Below are positions 62,101 to 64,000 of a stretch of DNA of 64,000 bases, piece by piece (the first letter of the stretch is position 1; each line of letters begins with the position of its first letter). A model generated the notes under the pieces. It had not been told where the DNA came from. It was given only the letters and a program-made list of their open reading frames with translations, and made no database searches. The stretch covers positions 64,001 through 128,000 of the forward strand of contig CAWEMM010000013.1 in the NCBI GenBank assembly GCA_963810095.1, in the 5' to 3' direction. The DNA is from an uncultured Chloroflexia bacterium. Lineage in GTDB: Bacteria; Chloroflexota; Anaerolineae; CG2-30-64-16. A program made the position numbers and the translations under genes.

Positions 62101-62173
62101 ACCACAAAGACACGAAGGCTCGAAGGCGCCCCAAGCTGCTCCGCATGCCTTTGGTTCTTCGGTCCTTTGTGGT
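62101..62173. repeat. periodic palindromic element (..AAG 8-mers)
   Basis: accacaaag-acacgaag-gctcgaag / ctttggtt-cttcggtc-ctttgtggt. Confidence 0.85.
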
Positions 62174-62183
62174 GAGGTGGTGT

Positions 62184-62543
62184 TTGGACGAGCGAAGGCC
62201 TCTCATCGCCGTCGTTGGGGTGTGCGCATCGGGCAAGTCGACGCTGGTAGCCGGGCTGCGGGCGCATGGGTTCAACGCGCGGCAGGTGCTCCAGGAGCAC
62301 TCCTATGTCCCCTACATGTGGCAGCGCATCACCAATCCCGACCTTCTGATCTACCTGGATTGCACCATCGAGACGACACGCGCGCGCCGTCATGACCGGA
62401 ACTTCGAGCGCTGGATTCTGGACGAGGAGCGCCGGCGGCTCGAGCATGCCCGCGAGCACTGTCACCTGTATTTGTCCACGGATCGATTAACGCCCGACGA
62501 GATTCTTTCACGGGCGGTGGCGTTCCTGCGTTCGAATGCATAG
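62184..62543 (+). CDS. small P-loop (nucleoside/nucleotide kinase-like) protein
   Basis: VVGVCASGKSTL, QEHSYVP.MW, PDLLIYLD. Confidence 0.8.
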   Translation: MDERRPLIAVVGVCASGKSTLVAGLRAHGFNARQVLQEHSYVPYMWQRITNPDLLIYLDCTIETTRARRHDRNFERWILDEERRRLEHAREHCHLYLSTDRLTPDEILSRAVAFLRSNA

Positions 62544-62545
62544 TG

Positions 62546-62672
62546 TTTTGTCGGGGGCGGGCGGGCCCGGTTGCCCCTGCACGGCAGGGATCTCGTCGTC
62601 GGGCCGGCGGGCCCCGTTGCCCCTTGCACAGCAGGGCTCTCGTCGTCGGGGGCCGGCCGGCCCCCAACAAAA
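62546..62672. mobile_element. MITE-like element with terminal inverted repeats
   Basis: ttttgtcgggggc / gcccccaacaaaa (12/13 match) flanking two about 46-bp direct repeats. Confidence 0.45.
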
Positions 62673-62711
62673 GAAGCATCATTGTCCCGGTGTAAAAACT
62701 CCGTATCCTTT

Positions 62712-62740
62712 TTGACACTGCGCGACCGCGGCGGTATAAT
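62712..62740 (+). promoter_or_regulatory. consensus sigma70 promoter of secD
   Basis: TTGACA-N17-TATAAT, exact consensus. Confidence 0.9.
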
Positions 62741-62830
62741 CATTCTGTTGTGCCCCGCAAGGACCTTGCGGGGCTACTTACGCCCACGTCATTCATTCGT
62801 CGGGCCCGAGCTCATTTGCGGGAGAAGAGC

Positions 62831-64000
62831 ATGCGCCATCGCAACACATATGTGTTGATCGCCCTCATCGTGCTAGCCGCGGTGCTGTTGGCGATCGTTG
62901 TGCCGGTGAGCTATCCGAGCAACAGCTTCATCACGAAGCTGATGTTCTGGCAGCAGCCGGCCGAGTACCGTGATCTGTCCTTCAAGCAGGGCCTCGATCT
63001 GCAAGGTGGCACGCAGGTCTTGCTCGAAGCCAAGCCGCCCGTCGGCCAGACCGTCACGGAAGAAGATATGACGGCCGCGAAGACCATCGTGGAGCGCCGC
63101 GTGAATGGCCTGGGCGTGACCGAGCCACTCGTGCAGCTGCAGGGCCAGAACCGCATCATCGTGGAACTGCCCGGCATCAGCAACCCCGAGGCCGCAGTGC
63201 AGACGCTGCGGAGCACTGGCCAGCTTGAATTTGTCGAAATCCCTGACGGCACGACCGTGCAGCAGGGCGACTATATTCGCACGACCAACAACGCGACAGC
63301 GCCCGATGCGACCAAACTGGGGTCAACCCGTAACCCGTATCCTGAGCAGACCTTCACGACAATCATGACGGGTCGTGATCTCGAGACGGCCGGTGTCAAC
63401 CGCGACCAGTTGGGCGCGCCGGTCATCACGTTCACTCTGAAGGATTCGGGCAAGCAGCTGTTCAGCGATTACACGGGCTCGCACATCGGCAAGGTGCTCG
63501 CGATCGTGCTGGACAACCAGGTGCTGTCCGCCCCCTCGATCAACGGCCAGATCCCCCAGGGCAGCGGCGAGATCACCGGCAAGTTCACGCTGGAAGAGGC
63601 GAATAACCTGGCCGTACAGATGCGCTACGGCTCGCTGCCGGTCCCACTTGAAGTTGTCAACCGCAGCACGATCGGCGCAACCCTCGGCGCGGACTCGGTG
63701 CGCAAGAGCATGATTGCGGGCCTCATCGGCCTCCTGGCCGTCCTGGTCTTCATGATGGTGTACTACCGGCTGCCCGGCCTGCTGGCCTCGATCGCCCTCG
63801 TGCTGTACGCGTTGATCAACCTGGCGATCTACAAGGTCGTGCCGGTGACGCTGACGCTGCCCGGCATCATGGGCTTCCTGTTATCAACAGGTATGGCCGT
63901 TGATGCGAACATCCTGATCTTCGAGCGCATGAAGGAAGAGCTCCGATGGGGCAAGTCGATGCGCCAGGCCGTCGAGGCCGGCTTCGACCGGGCCTGGACC
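62831..64000 (+). CDS. secD: protein translocase subunit SecD (runs off the window end)
   Basis: GLDLQGG, RRVNGLGVTEP, IIVELPG, AIVLDN, GSLPVPL, TLTLPGI, GMAVDANILIFER. Confidence 0.97.
   Translation, partial: MRHRNTYVLIALIVLAAVLLAIVVPVSYPSNSFITKLMFWQQPAEYRDLSFKQGLDLQGGTQVLLEAKPPVGQTVTEEDMTAAKTIVERRVNGLGVTEPLVQLQGQNRIIVELPGISNPEAAVQTLRSTGQLEFVEIPDGTTVQQGDYIRTTNNATAPDATKLGSTRNPYPEQTFTTIMTGRDLETAGVNRDQLGAPVITFTLKDSGKQLFSDYTGSHIGKVLAIVLDNQVLSAPSINGQIPQGSGEITGKFTLEEANNLAVQMRYGSLPVPLEVVNRSTIGATLGADSVRKSMIAGLIGLLAVLVFMMVYYRLPGLLASIALVLYALINLAIYKVVPVTLTLPGIMGFLLSTGMAVDANILIFERMKEELRWGKSMRQAVEAGFDRAWT

Noticed and set aside
1-64000. Prophage, integrase, transposase or rRNA genes
   Set aside because: None recognised in the ORF track or sequence

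Overview
High-GC bacterial DNA, most consistent with a Chloroflexota (Anaerolineae-like) genome, inferred from the DUF2298/Chlor_Arch_YYY and TIGR03663-type proteins and the Pro/Thr-rich secreted proteins. About 13 apparent single-base frameshifts in otherwise intact genes suggest long-read assembly error. The left part (1-26 kb) is mixed: a frameshifted P-loop NTPase/Ser-Thr kinase/FHA gene, DUF4432, a hydrolase, a desaturase-Rieske fusion, alkaline phosphatase, large secreted proteins, tRNA-Sec with a duplicated 3' end, an S8 protease, oppBC-like permeases, amrS and a G5/3D protein. The centre (27-57 kb) is a co-oriented surface-glycosylation cluster: flippase-like protein, NDP-sugar epimerase, GT4, two methyltransferases, a Thr/Pro-rich secreted protein, seven polytopic GT-C/DUF2298/TIGR03663-type genes and an embedded ECF sigma/anti-sigma pair. 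The right end has ACBP, sucCD, a CCA-type nucleotidyltransferase, a PP2C-like phosphatase, a small P-loop protein and the start of secD. The most notable signals are the GT-C cluster with a possible glycosylation-sensing anti-sigma, at least 9 periodic palindromes placed just after stop codons, a second palindrome family inserted in-frame in genes, and a shared [FW][LM]P[LV][ILV] motif on secreted proteins. Family names come from motif recognition, not database searches.
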